The notes beneath the pieces are model-generated. The model made no database searches and was not told where the DNA came from. It saw only the letters and a program-made list of their open reading frames with translations. Shown here in pieces: positions 9,603 to 19,487 of a DNA stretch of 51,903 nt (position 1 is the stretch's first letter; each line of letters starts with the position of its first letter). The stretch comes from Simkaniaceae bacterium (GTDB taxonomy: Bacteria > Chlamydiota > Chlamydiia > Chlamydiales > JAJFMI01). Location: contig JBBDIZ010000004.1 in the NCBI GenBank assembly GCA_040880145.1, positions 1 to 51,903 on the forward strand, written 5' to 3'. A program made the translations under genes and the position numbers.

Positions 9603-11143
9603 TTGAATAGGCTTTTTAATTGTTTAACGAAATTTGAGTCTTTGGCTACTTCTTCTAAATAGGGGCGCATTCGGTAAGTCCAGTTTCGGTCTAAGATTTC
9701 TCCTGGAATATTGATGCGCTCGTCATCTGGGTCTTCATAGACAAAGTCATCGATAAGAGCTAGGTATTCATTGAAGAGGTTAATGTGAAAAAAGCTCGAA
9801 GTATGGTGGATGTCTCTTAATATCTCAAGGCGCATTTCCTTTGTCAAAGGGGATTTTGGATCCCACCCTTTCATTTTGGAAAAATTGACAACTTCTTTAT
9901 TTTGCGTGTCCCACCACTGCCGCAGAGTTTCAGAGTCATGGGTTGAAACGGTGGACATAGAAAGAGGGGAGTAACTTTGAAAGGAATCATATTCCCCGGT
10001 CTTCGGGTCTTTTTCCCAGCGGAAGACCTTGGTTCCTGAGATGCTAAGCTCCTCTAAAATCTCGGATGCTCCAGGAGGCATGAAGCCTAGGTCTTCAGCG
10101 ATTGGGAGCATGTGAGATGCTTTTAAGATCTCTTTGAGGACAAGGCGGCCTTGACTTAGGGCTTCCCACTCATTTCCAGGTAAAAATCGCCCTTTTGCAG
10201 CCTCTTGACCTCTTGGAATGGCCCAGATTCTAAAAAATCCAATGACGTGGTCGATGCGGTAGATGTGATAAAAGTGACTGGCATATTGAAGGCGCTCTTT
10301 CCACCATGAAAATCCTTCTTCATTCATAACATCAAAGCGATAGATGGGAAATCCCCAATATTGACCCTCTGGAGTGAATTGATCAGGAGGGGCCCCCGCA
10401 GCAAAACTGAGGTCAAAATATTCGGTGTGATACCAAACATCTGCTGAATCGGGGCTGATGAGTATGGGAATGTCCCCTTTTAAAAAAATGTTCTTTTCTT
10501 CCGCATAGCTTTTTGCTTTTTTTAACTGTTTAAAGCAAAAGTACTGAACGAAAAGGATATACTGAATACTCTCTTTATGAGTTTGGAGCAGATGTTGGAA
10601 ATGTGTTTTTGTGAGTTGTTTAATCTCATCCGGCCACTCTTCGGAGCTCTGGCCTTCCATGTTCTCTTTGAGTATTTTAAAAAGGGCATAAATCTTCAAA
10701 AAGGGAAATTCATTAGAAAATTGAAGGACTTCTTCTTCAAAATGGGCGCCATAGACCTCAAAATAGCGTCGCATAAAGGCATCTTTCTTACGAAGAATGG
10801 TGAGATAGGGGACGCGCTTTTCCCCATTCATTTTCTTAAGTCGATTGATTCGTTCATCAAATTCAGGAGTTAAGTTGGGCAAAGAGCTGAGAGAAAGGTA
10901 GATCGGGTGGAGGGCGCTCGCAGAAAGGGCATTATAGGGGCTTGGATCCTCGCCTGTGTCATTTAATGGAAGCAGCATTAGGGTATCAAAGCCGACACTT
11001 TTGCAAAAATCGATCATCAAATTGAGGTCGAGATATTCCCCAATTCCACAGCTTTGTTTAGTTTTAAGAGAAGAGAGGGGGAGGTCGAATCCGTGATGGT
11101 GCGATTTCCCTATTTTTTCCCAGGCGGGCTCTGCTGAAATCAT
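9599..11143 (-). CDS. malQ: 4-alpha-glucanotransferase (amylomaltase, GH77)
   Basis: GDIPI, GAPPD, RIDHVIGFFRIW, AEDLG and STHD motifs; chlamydial position after scc1. Confidence 0.96.
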   Translation of the reverse strand: MISAEPAWEKIGKSHHHGFDLPLSSLKTKQSCGIGEYLDLNLMIDFCKSVGFDTLMLLPLNDTGEDPSPYNALSASALHPIYLSLSSLPNLTPEFDERINRLKKMNGEKRVPYLTILRKKDAFMRRYFEVYGAHFEEEVLQFSNEFPFLKIYALFKILKENMEGQSSEEWPDEIKQLTKTHFQHLLQTHKESIQYILFVQYFCFKQLKKAKSYAEEKNIFLKGDIPILISPDSADVWYHTEYFDLSFAAGAPPDQFTPEGQYWGFPIYRFDVMNEEGFSWWKERLQYASHFYHIYRIDHVIGFFRIWAIPRGQEAAKGRFLPGNEWEALSQGRLVLKEILKASHMLPIAEDLGFMPPGASEILEELSISGTKVFRWEKDPKTGEYDSFQSYSPLSMSTVSTHDSETLRQWWDTQNKEVVNFSKMKGWDPKSPLTKEMRLEILRDIHHTSSFFHINLFNEYLALIDDFVYEDPDDERINIPGEILDRNWTYRMRPYLEEVAKDSNFVKQLKSLFK

Positions 11144-11598
11144 AACTTAATGCCTCCTTCTGGAGGTTTGTCTTCGATCACTTTTTCAACACCTGTCGGA
11201 AGGGGGTGGCCATGATCGATGGCTTCTTTCCATGAAAGGGCTTTTGGAACGAATTCATTTAAAAATTGCATGAGAGATTCCCCTCGCATCTCTTTAATTG
11301 GATGAGAAGCTTGTAAGATGAGTTTATTGGGGCCTTCTATATACGAAAAGGTTCCATAAAGCGGGGGAAGGAGCGCATTGTGTTTTAAGCACTCTTTTAG
11401 AAGGATTTCACGGTAAGCGCCGGCGGGCATATCGGCGACTTCGGAGATGATAAAAAGGTTTTCTCCGCTCTCATCGAGTTCGATTTGAACAAAGAGATTG
11501 GGATCTGCAATAAAGGCAACGCAATTTTGCTCATTGATTTCAAAATCGAGAACCATCTCATCTGACAGCTCTTCGATTAAAAGTCGAAATCGATCCAT
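11140..11598 (-). CDS. scc1: Type III secretion chaperone Scc1 (CesT/SycE family)
   Basis: Acidic 152-aa protein between copN and malQ, the conserved chlamydial order. Confidence 0.88.
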   Translation of the reverse strand: MDRFRLLIEELSDEMVLDFEINEQNCVAFIADPNLFVQIELDESGENLFIISEVADMPAGAYREILLKECLKHNALLPPLYGTFSYIEGPNKLILQASHPIKEMRGESLMQFLNEFVPKALSWKEAIDHGHPLPTGVEKVIEDKPPEGGIKL

Positions 11599-12752
11599 TA
11601 TTGCTCCTCTTCCTCTTTGATTTCATCGAGGTTTTCTAATGCTTCAAGGATCGTTTCGTAAAGATCTGTTCGATGACGTTCCGATTTAAAGAGGCGGGGT
11701 GCAACATGACGCATTGCATCTCGATATTGTGTAAAGACGATGAGTTGAGCTTGAATCGATTCCTGTATGCCGAGGAGCAAGGCGAGCTGGATAACCTTGT
11801 CAGAAGAGGGAAAGCGCTCTTTGAAATAGCGGACAAGCTGTTTTGCAAGTAAAACGAAGGTTAAGCGGCGGGGAACGGGAAGTTTTGCAGCTAGAAAACG
11901 TTTTTGGATAATGGGCATACGCGCTTCAAAAAAAGAGTAAATTCCTAATATGGCTTGAAGCTTGCGTGTTTCAATTAAAAGGCGCTTTAATTCATCTAAA
12001 TTTATTGATGGACCTTTTGATTTTAAGTCAGAGCCGAGAGAGTGGAGTAAGAATTCAATTAAATCCTTCATTTGCGTATATTCAAAGTCATTTGAAAGCT
12101 CTTCAAATAAAGGAATAGGTTCTCTTGGGTTTCCTGTTATATCGCGATAAAGATCGCGAAGGCCTGTCGTCGATCCTAAGCCTTTCTTAGAAAATTCACG
12201 CGCTTGCTCGGCTATATTTTTTCCGGCCTTGATTTCGCGGCCGTAAGTCTCATTGAATTTTTCTTTGGCAACAATGAGTTTTTCTTGAATTTCCTTTTGA
12301 TCTTCAGAAGCTTTTAAAAGAAAATCTAGAGCATCATCTGCATTGGAGGGATCGAGGTAGGATTTTGTCGTAAGATCTAATATCTCATCCTCGCTCATAC
12401 CGGAATGTAGTTGAGCATAGAGATTTAAAAGACCTCGAGTCGATAGTTCGACATTTTGTTTGGCGTAGCGATCCGCTGTTTCCAGGCTTTTTTGAGTCTC
12501 TTTTGTTTTTTTAGCTTCTTTCGATTCGCCGGCCTCATCTTGAGCGGGTCTTGAAAGGCGTTCATTGAGAGTTTTAAACTTGCTTTGGATCGATCTAGGA
12601 TTAAAGCGTGAGCCTCCACTTAAACGGTAGGCTTCTTTTGCATTTGCCTTGACAGCATTGAAAAGAGCATTTTTATTATGCTCGGTTCGTTGGGTTTCAA
12701 ATCCTTTGGAGTGCGCGGGGGAGACGCTTGAAATATCGAACTCATCGCTCAT
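11598..12752 (-). CDS. copN: T3SS gatekeeper CopN (SctW/YopN)
   Basis: LRDLYRDITGNPR and LGSDLKSKGPSI motifs; position after cdsV. Confidence 0.92.
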   Translation of the reverse strand: MSDEFDISSVSPAHSKGFETQRTEHNKNALFNAVKANAKEAYRLSGGSRFNPRSIQSKFKTLNERLSRPAQDEAGESKEAKKTKETQKSLETADRYAKQNVELSTRGLLNLYAQLHSGMSEDEILDLTTKSYLDPSNADDALDFLLKASEDQKEIQEKLIVAKEKFNETYGREIKAGKNIAEQAREFSKKGLGSTTGLRDLYRDITGNPREPIPLFEELSNDFEYTQMKDLIEFLLHSLGSDLKSKGPSINLDELKRLLIETRKLQAILGIYSFFEARMPIIQKRFLAAKLPVPRRLTFVLLAKQLVRYFKERFPSSDKVIQLALLLGIQESIQAQLIVFTQYRDAMRHVAPRLFKSERHRTDLYETILEALENLDEIKEEEEQ

Positions 12753-12759
12753 GATTTCA

Positions 12760-12788
12760 AGGATACTTGAAAAAGATTATTAGCTCAA
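12760..12788 (-). promoter_or_regulatory. Putative sigma66 promoter of copN
   Basis: TTGAGC-17 nt-TATCCT, with the -10 element ending 7 nt before the ATG. Confidence 0.5.
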
Positions 12789-12814
12789 TGCTCTATGGCT
12801 GAAAACCGAATTCT

Positions 12815-14944
12815 TTAAGTCAGCTGAATACGACCCAAGGGTTGAATCCGAATTTCTGGAACAATTTCTTGGTGAGAAACAACTGGAAGATCAGGAAATT
12901 CACCTTCGATCAATTTGCGAGTAAAGCGGCGTACATCGATAGCAGTGAGAAGAACAGGGGGTTGACCACCTGGAGGGGTTGGTGTGATGACTTTTCTCAT
13001 CGATTGCAAGATGAGTTGAACAGAATCAGGGTCGAGGGCAAGATAAGAGCCGGCAGAGGTCTGTTTAATCGCAGATCGAATCATATCCTCAATTTCAGGA
13101 TCGAGAAGATAGACAGCTAAAATAGTTTGGCCTTGAGAATACTTGTAACTGATGTAGCGCCTGAGTGAAGAGCGAATGTATTCGGTTAATAAAACGGTGT
13201 CTTTCTCAGTTTGGGCCCATTCAGATAAAGCTTCTAGAATCGTTCGCAAATCTTTAATGGTGACTTGTTCCTGGACAAGACGTCTAAAAATTTCAGTCAT
13301 CTTTTGCAGGGGTACAAGTCGTGTGACTTCCTTGACAAGGTCAGGAAAGCTCTTTTCTACAAATTCTAAAATTGCGCGCGCTTCTTGGATTCCGATAAAT
13401 TCAGCGCCATGCTGCCTGTAGAAAAAAGAAAGGTGTAAAATCACGACATCGAGAGGTTCCCAAAATTTAATTCCTGCCTTTTTTATAATTTCGAGATATT
13501 TTTGATCGACCCAAAGGGAGGCAGTACCGATGGCATTTTTAGAAGATGTGTAGGGTAAATTGTAGCGTTTTAAGGTCTCCTCACTTTCATTTGTAAGGAT
13601 CATATTGTTTAAAATTTTCCCTTTAACGATAGGGACCTCGTTGAGGTGAATCGCATACTCATCGCCCTCTAAATTGGGTGAATCACAGCGGACATGAACG
13701 CCGGGAAACCGTACGCCCAGGTCTTGGTAAAGGGCATGGCGCATTTTAGGTATCATTTCTTCGACAAAGTTGACTCCTCCGCGCTTATCTTTTCGCATGA
13801 GAGCTGAAAGAGTTTTACCCATCTCTAAAATGACAGGCAGGGTTAGAGCGTAGTCATCGGATTCGCCTCGAACAATGGCATGGCCTTCGACATCGGTTTC
13901 GATAGAGGCTCCAATTCCACTGGCTGCTCTTTGCTTCTTATTTTTGCTAATCATACTATGGATAGCTGTTGCAGCGAGTGAAGCTCCAATCACACCGAAA
14001 AGCCAAAAAGGGAACCCGGGAAGGAGACCCATGATGATGATGACAAAAGAGGCGATAAGGATCGCTTTGGGTTGAGCGATTAACTGCTGGGCGATGTCGC
14101 GGCCGAGGTTCGCATTTTTGTTCTCGCTTGAAACGCGTGTTGTAACAATACCCGCTGTAAGGGCTATGATGAGTGAGGGGATTTGAGAGACAAGGCCGCC
14201 GCCAATAGAGAGGAGGGTGTAGGTCTTGGCAGCTTCCATGGCAGTCATGCCCTTCATCGCGATACCGATAACGAGTCCCCCAACGATGTTGATTACCGCA
14301 ATTACGATCCCGGCAATGACATCCCCTTTAACGAACTTCATAGCTCCATCCATGGCTCCATAGAGCTGACTCTCTTTTTGAAGAGCTAAGCGAAGTTCAC
14401 GCGCTTTATTGGAGTCGATGACACCGGAGCGCATGTCGGCGTCGATACTCATCTGCTTACCGGGCATCGCATCCAGGGTAAAGCGAGCAGCAACTTCCGC
14501 AACCCGTTCAGCACCCTTTGTGACAACAATAAACTGGACAATTGTAATGATGAGGAAGATTACGCCCCCAACAACAAAGTTTCCTCCTACAACAACCTGG
14601 CCAAACGTCTGGATAACGTCACCTGCATAGGCATGAAGCAGAATTTGCCGGGTGGCGGCAATTTCAATACCTAGACGAAAAAGGGTTGTAATCAATAAAA
14701 GGGAGGGGAAGATGGATATCTGAACCGCTTTGGCTATGTAAAGAGAGACCATTAAAAGCCCGATCGAGATCGTAAAGTTGATGATGATGAAGGTGTCGAT
14801 GATCGGGGGCTTGACAGGGACAACAATCATCATGATGATGACGACGACAAAGAAGGCTAAGATGATATCAGGGGAGCGGTTGAAAAAATTCACCAATCCA
14901 CGAGAGGTGATTGCGCCGCCAAATTTTTGAAATTTCTTACTCAC
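12815..14944 (-). CDS. cdsV: T3SS export gate SctV/CdsV (FlhA/LcrD family)
   Basis: AERVAEVAARFTLDAMPGKQMSIDAD and YGAMDGAMKFVKGD motifs; likely start is GTG at 14944 with a GGAG SD, overlapping the cdsU stop (the ORF track starts at 14998). Confidence 0.97.
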   Translation of the reverse strand: MSKKFQKFGGAITSRGLVNFFNRSPDIILAFFVVVIIMMIVVPVKPPIIDTFIIINFTISIGLLMVSLYIAKAVQISIFPSLLLITTLFRLGIEIAATRQILLHAYAGDVIQTFGQVVVGGNFVVGGVIFLIITIVQFIVVTKGAERVAEVAARFTLDAMPGKQMSIDADMRSGVIDSNKARELRLALQKESQLYGAMDGAMKFVKGDVIAGIVIAVINIVGGLVIGIAMKGMTAMEAAKTYTLLSIGGGLVSQIPSLIIALTAGIVTTRVSSENKNANLGRDIAQQLIAQPKAILIASFVIIIMGLLPGFPFWLFGVIGASLAATAIHSMISKNKKQRAASGIGASIETDVEGHAIVRGESDDYALTLPVILEMGKTLSALMRKDKRGGVNFVEEMIPKMRHALYQDLGVRFPGVHVRCDSPNLEGDEYAIHLNEVPIVKGKILNNMILTNESEETLKRYNLPYTSSKNAIGTASLWVDQKYLEIIKKAGIKFWEPLDVVILHLSFFYRQHGAEFIGIQEARAILEFVEKSFPDLVKEVTRLVPLQKMTEIFRRLVQEQVTIKDLRTILEALSEWAQTEKDTVLLTEYIRSSLRRYISYKYSQGQTILAVYLLDPEIEDMIRSAIKQTSAGSYLALDPDSVQLILQSMRKVITPTPPGGQPPVLLTAIDVRRFTRKLIEGEFPDLPVVSHQEIVPEIRIQPLGRIQLT

Positions 14945-16022
14945 TAAAGAACTCCGCTTCCAGTTTTTCTGCTTTTTCTGCTTTCTCAAGTTCAGCAACC
15001 CACTTCAATATTTCAGCGACTGCTGCAAAGGTCTCTTCCGGAATGAATTGTCCCGGATTTCCTTTTTGAGATAATTCATGAGCTAAGGGGACATTTCGCA
15101 TGATCGGTATATTAAACTCATGGGCAAGCCGAATGATTTCATCAGCTAGCTGTCCTTTTCCCATCACAATAATTTTAGGAGCAGGGACCTCTTCAGCATC
15201 ATACTCTATAGCAACAGCAATGTGGGTAGGATTCGTAATAACGGCTTTTGCGCGTCGAACCGCTCTTGGACCCTCTTGATAGGCCATCTCGCGAGCGATT
15301 TGGCGCCTTTTCCCCTTGATTTGAGGATCGCCTTCTGTATCTTTTATCTCTTGCTTAATTTGAAATTTTTCCATCATCATCTGTTTTGCAAATTGACGCT
15401 TTTGAAAAATCAAGTCAAAAACAGCAACGATTAAAAAGAAAATTCCTACACGAATCGCAACTTGAACTAAAAATTTACTAAAAACAAGTGCCGCTCCAAG
15501 AGGAGGCATCCCAGCTGTTGAGATGATAAGAGGAACACTTTTTTTCAAGACCGTGTAGATGAGAATGAAAGCTCCTGTAATCTTAATAATCGATTTCAAA
15601 AGCTCAATAAAAGTCTTGAGTTTGAACATGTTTTTAAGGTTGTCGACCGGGTTGAGCCGTTTGATATCAGGCTTCATCGCTTCCATTGAAAACGTCGGGC
15701 CTACGACTAAAAATCCAACGAGGACACCCGTTAAAGAGACAACGATAATCAGTGGAATGGATGAAGAGAGGATCGTATGCAAGGCGGCGCTGATGTAACC
15801 TGCTGCCTGGGTCTCCATTTTAGGGCTGTCTTTGATCGCATTGAAATTATTCACCATATAAGAGGCGAGTTTTTTGTAAAAAAAACCTGACATAATCACC
15901 ATGCCTGAAATGGAAACGATGAAGGTCAGAGCAGCCGGAAAGTCTTGAGACTTGGCAACCTGACCCTTCTTGCGAGCATCTCTGAGTTTTTTAGGCGTAG
16001 CCTTTTCGGATTTTTCAGCCAT
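14937..16022 (-). CDS. cdsU: T3SS substrate-specificity switch SctU/CdsU (FlhB family)
   Basis: EKATPKKLRDARKKGQV N-terminus, EGDP motif and NPTH autocleavage motif. Confidence 0.97.
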   Translation of the reverse strand: MAEKSEKATPKKLRDARKKGQVAKSQDFPAALTFIVSISGMVIMSGFFYKKLASYMVNNFNAIKDSPKMETQAAGYISAALHTILSSSIPLIIVVSLTGVLVGFLVVGPTFSMEAMKPDIKRLNPVDNLKNMFKLKTFIELLKSIIKITGAFILIYTVLKKSVPLIISTAGMPPLGAALVFSKFLVQVAIRVGIFFLIVAVFDLIFQKRQFAKQMMMEKFQIKQEIKDTEGDPQIKGKRRQIAREMAYQEGPRAVRRAKAVITNPTHIAVAIEYDAEEVPAPKIIVMGKGQLADEIIRLAHEFNIPIMRNVPLAHELSQKGNPGQFIPEETFAAVAEILKWVAELEKAEKAEKLEAEFFSE

Positions 16023-16056
16023 TAAGTGCTTTTATAGAAATGAGTGTATCCACCCG

Positions 16057-16085
16057 ATTATAAAGAATACTAGCGTAGTTTGCAA
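16057..16085 (-). promoter_or_regulatory. sigma66 promoter of the cdsU operon
   Basis: TTGCAA-17 nt-TATAAT, 35 nt upstream of the cdsU ATG. Confidence 0.7.
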
Positions 16086-16105
16086 ATTAGAAATAATTGC
16101 GTCGC

Positions 16106-17209
16106 TTAGTTATGGAAAAAAAGGATAACGTCTCCATCCTTAACAGCGTAATCGCGGCCCTCAGAGCGCGCTTTTCCAGCCTCTTTAGCAAGAGAACGGG
16201 AGCCGTAGGTGATCATCTCTTCAAATGGAATGACTTCAGCGCGAATAAACCCTTTCTGGATATCTGTGTGAATTTTACCTGCAGCAATATAAGCGGGGCA
16301 ATTTTTTACAATAGTCCAAGCTCTTGTTTCTTCAACACCGGTTGTGATGAAGGTGATTAAGCCTAGAGAATCAAAAGAAGATCGAACAAGTTGATCGAGG
16401 CCCCTTTGAGTGACACCCACGCTTTCTAAAAACTCCTTAGCCTCCTCATCAGAAAGCTGACCCACTTCTTCCTCAAATTTTGAGCAAATTGTAACAACCG
16501 AGCTTTTTTCATCTTTAGCGAATTTGCGGACGGCTTGGACGTAGGTATTATCCATGTCAGGAAGAGAGTCCTCTCCCACATTAGCGGCATAGATTACTTT
16601 TTTATAAGTCAGAAGAGGATAGGGACTAATCAGAGCTTTTTCTTCTTCGGTTAAGTCTAGAGTGCGAACGGGTTTATTTTCATTGAGATGGTTTTGAATT
16701 TTTTCGAGTAAATCGATAGAGGGAATTAAATCTTTACTTCCTTTTGCCTGACGCTTCAGTTTCGATAGGACATTTTCAATCATCTGAAGATCGGCCAGCA
16801 TTAACTCTAAATTAATAATTTCAATATCTTGGATCGGATCAATAGCTCCTTTTACATGAACCACATCCGGGTCATCGAAACAGCGGACAACATGCAAAAT
16901 AAGATCAGTCTCACGAATATTGGCTAAGAACTTATTCCCAAGGCCCTCGCCTTTTGAAGCGCCTTCAACAAGCCCTGCGATATCAAAGAAGGTCACTGTG
17001 GCCGGAATCACTTTTTTGCTCTTAGACTTTTCAGACAAGATATAAAGGCGCTCGTCTTTAAGCTCGACAACGCCCATATTTGGATCGATTGTACAGAATG
17101 GGTAATTGGAAGCTTCTGCGGTTTTATTTTTTAGAAGGGCATTAAATAGAGTTGATTTGCCCACATTAGGGAGTCCAACGATTCCGACCGATAAACCTGT
17201 TTTACTCAT
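16106..17209 (-). CDS. ychF: Redox-regulated ATPase YchF
   Basis: [28 protein letters not shown] and IHTD motifs. Confidence 0.97.
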   Translation of the reverse strand: MSKTGLSVGIVGLPNVGKSTLFNALLKNKTAEASNYPFCTIDPNMGVVELKDERLYILSEKSKSKKVIPATVTFFDIAGLVEGASKGEGLGNKFLANIRETDLILHVVRCFDDPDVVHVKGAIDPIQDIEIINLELMLADLQMIENVLSKLKRQAKGSKDLIPSIDLLEKIQNHLNENKPVRTLDLTEEEKALISPYPLLTYKKVIYAANVGEDSLPDMDNTYVQAVRKFAKDEKSSVVTICSKFEEEVGQLSDEEAKEFLESVGVTQRGLDQLVRSSFDSLGLITFITTGVEETRAWTIVKNCPAYIAAGKIHTDIQKGFIRAEVIPFEEMITYGSRSLAKEAGKARSEGRDYAVKDGDVILFFHN

Positions 17210-17308
17210 TTTTTAAAATCCTTCCTCGTTTCTAAAGAGCATTCTAGAGGAATCTGAGACTTAATCTCAATAAGAAAGGGGTGCTTTTAGCTAGGCATTA
17301 AATTCTAG

Positions 17309-17830
17309 CTAAAACGACTCGCTTACCACGCCCCGCTTGCCGTATTGATCAATATACAGGATCTCCTTCTTCATAGCCATATGGTTTTCTAAAAGATACT
17401 CCCGAATAGCCAAGGCCGTATCTTTAGTATCAACGTAAATTTTTTCTTTATTATACTGTTGATCCTCTTCGTCCTTTTCGTCCTTAATTTCCGCATACCG
17501 GTCCTCAAAATCCTGAAGGCTTGTGATTCTAGCATCTTTAGAGCCTACTGATAAGTTTGGTAAGGCTCCGCAAAACGTTAGAGGTTTGTCGAAGAGTAAG
17601 GAAAGGCTTGATATCACCAGCAATAATTCTAAGGGCATACAAGAAGCCAATATAACGATACCCAAGAGAGTACCTAAAGAGAAGGGAGGAACAATGATTA
17701 AAGCGACGATGAAAACTGCTGTTAGAACAGCAGAAGCCCCCCAAATTAAAGTATCTGCTAAGGGTCCTATCTCAGCTTCATACTCAAAATCAAAAAAATT
17801 ATCCTCTCTAAACCTTCCAATTGCTATCAT
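17309..17830 (-). CDS. Hypothetical protein with bilobed hydrophobic domain (Inc-like)
   Basis: ~50-aa two-lobed hydrophobic segment followed by an acidic C-terminus; strong GGAGG SD; inserted between ribF and ychF. Confidence 0.65.
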   Translation of the reverse strand: MIAIGRFREDNFFDFEYEAEIGPLADTLIWGASAVLTAVFIVALIIVPPFSLGTLLGIVILASCMPLELLLVISSLSLLFDKPLTFCGALPNLSVGSKDARITSLQDFEDRYAEIKDEKDEEDQQYNKEKIYVDTKDTALAIREYLLENHMAMKKEILYIDQYGKRGVVSESF

Positions 17831-17897
17831 TTTAGCCTCCTGTTAATCTTGTTAATATAAATATATTAACTTAAAGTGAAGATTAACGCAAGGGAGA

Positions 17898-18458
17898 TTA
17901 AAAATTAAATGAACGTCCGAGGAGTTTTTCAGCTAAAGGAAAGTCTTTTTTTTGAAGTGCCTTGCGAATCTGGCGGCTAGAGACAGGATGATTATCGATT
18001 GAAATTTTTTCTATAAAGTGAGCTTCAAACCCAACTTTTTGTCCATAGGCTTTTATTTTTTCGGGTGTTCCTTTGCGACTCTGCCCAAGTCTGGCATCTT
18101 CACCGAGAATGAGTTGTTGAAAGGGAAGTTTTGTGCGGATTTGATCAATAAATTTTTGAAAACTTAAATTTGCAGTTTCGCTCGTAAAGGGGAGGAGGAT
18201 TAATAGATCGAGCTCCAAACGATTGAAAAGATCGATCTTTTCATCTAGAGTTGTCAACGGTTTAAGCGGGGTACTTTCGGGATGGAGCACTGCAAAAGGA
18301 TGATTTTGAAAGGTTAAGGCGACTTTGGAGCGCCCAAATTTTGCAAGTTGATTGATGAGATGAACGTGACCTAAGTGAACGCCATCGAAGTTGCCGATTG
18401 TTAACGCTATGGGCTGAGGGAGAGGGGGGATCTCGGCAAGAGAGCGGGCGATCTGCAT
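17898..18458 (-). CDS. ribF: FAD synthetase (FMN adenylyltransferase domain only)
   Basis: IGNFDGVHLGH and VSSRQIR motifs; ends at LLGRSFNF with no riboflavin-kinase domain. Confidence 0.88.
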   Translation of the reverse strand: MQIARSLAEIPPLPQPIALTIGNFDGVHLGHVHLINQLAKFGRSKVALTFQNHPFAVLHPESTPLKPLTTLDEKIDLFNRLELDLLILLPFTSETANLSFQKFIDQIRTKLPFQQLILGEDARLGQSRKGTPEKIKAYGQKVGFEAHFIEKISIDNHPVSSRQIRKALQKKDFPLAEKLLGRSFNF

Positions 18459-19132
18459 GGGATAATATGGGGGTTAAAGGAGAAGTTAGGGGCTGATATT
18501 GTCTCAACCGAAAGAGCATTTTTTAGAGAGTAGGGTCCGGAACGAGTACGTTTTAGATTTAAAGCATATCCATAGGATTTTAAGTGAAGCCCTAGTTCGT
18601 GGGCAATAGAGCGTATATAGGTTCCTTTTGAACAAGCGATAGATAAGTTTAGGTGGGGGTAAGCATAGGAGAGCAGGGTCGTTTTTACACGAACTTGTTT
18701 CGCTTCGCGCTCAATTTCTATCCCTTGGCGAGCAAGCTCATAGAGCTTTTTACCCTGAACTTTCTTTGCGGAGAACATGGGAGGGGTTTGAGCGATTTGG
18801 CCCTGAAATTTGTTAAGCTCTTCAATTATAGCATCAATTGTTGGAACGGTTTCGGAGGTGTGGGTAATTTTGCCATCGCGGTCAAAGGTATCGGTTGCTT
18901 CTCCGAGCTTAATCGTAACCTCATACTCCTTGTCATCGTTGAGAAAATGCGGTTGCATGCGCGTTGCCGATTTGCCAATCAGCATAATCATCAGACCGGT
19001 TGCAAAAGGGTCCAAGGTTCCTGAGTGCCCGATTTTTTTGATTTTTGTGAGGCGTCGAAGGAGGTGGACGAGATAGAAGGAAGTTTTTTCTGCCGGCTTA
19101 TCGAGAAGTAAGAGTCCCTCGTTACTAATCAC
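18407..19132 (-). CDS. truB: tRNA pseudouridine(55) synthase
   Basis: KIGHSGTLDPFATG, PPMFSAKK and CSKGTYIRS motifs; likely GTG start at 19132 overlapping the rbfA stop. Confidence 0.95.
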   Translation of the reverse strand: MISNEGLLLLDKPAEKTSFYLVHLLRRLTKIKKIGHSGTLDPFATGLMIMLIGKSATRMQPHFLNDDKEYEVTIKLGEATDTFDRDGKITHTSETVPTIDAIIEELNKFQGQIAQTPPMFSAKKVQGKKLYELARQGIEIEREAKQVRVKTTLLSYAYPHLNLSIACSKGTYIRSIAHELGLHLKSYGYALNLKRTRSGPYSLKNALSVETISAPNFSFNPHIIPCRSPALLPRSPLSLSP

Positions 19133-19487
19133 GGCTCTTTTTTTCCTCTTCAATATCGGATAAAAGCTCATCAATACGCAGCTGAGAGTCAACACTTGTA
19201 TCGAGTTTAAAGGTAAGGCTTGGAAAGTAGCGCATACGCACAAGTTTCGAAGCATTTAGGGCAATGAAACCGGATGCCGTTCCTAAGGCCTTGATCACGT
19301 TGACGCGAAGCGCATCATCTCCAATAACACTGACAAACACTTTGGCATAGTGCAAATCTGTTGTAATATCGACCCTTGTAATGCTGACAAGTTGTAAAGG
19401 GATGTGCGGATTTCTCACTTGCTTTTGAATAACCTCTGAGATCACTTCTCGAAGGAGTGAGTTTAATCTTTCAGTGCGTCTTGTCAT
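19125..19487 (-). CDS. rbfA: 30S ribosome-binding factor A
   Basis: [15 protein letters not shown] and [10 protein letters not shown] motifs; follows infB. Confidence 0.96.
   Translation of the reverse strand: MTRRTERLNSLLREVISEVIQKQVRNPHIPLQLVSITRVDITTDLHYAKVFVSVIGDDALRVNVIKALGTASGFIALNASKLVRMRYFPSLTFKLDTSVDSQLRIDELLSDIEEEKKSRD

Noticed and set aside
9599..16022. malQ inside a T3SS operon
   Set aside because: This is a well-known conserved chlamydial arrangement, not novel.
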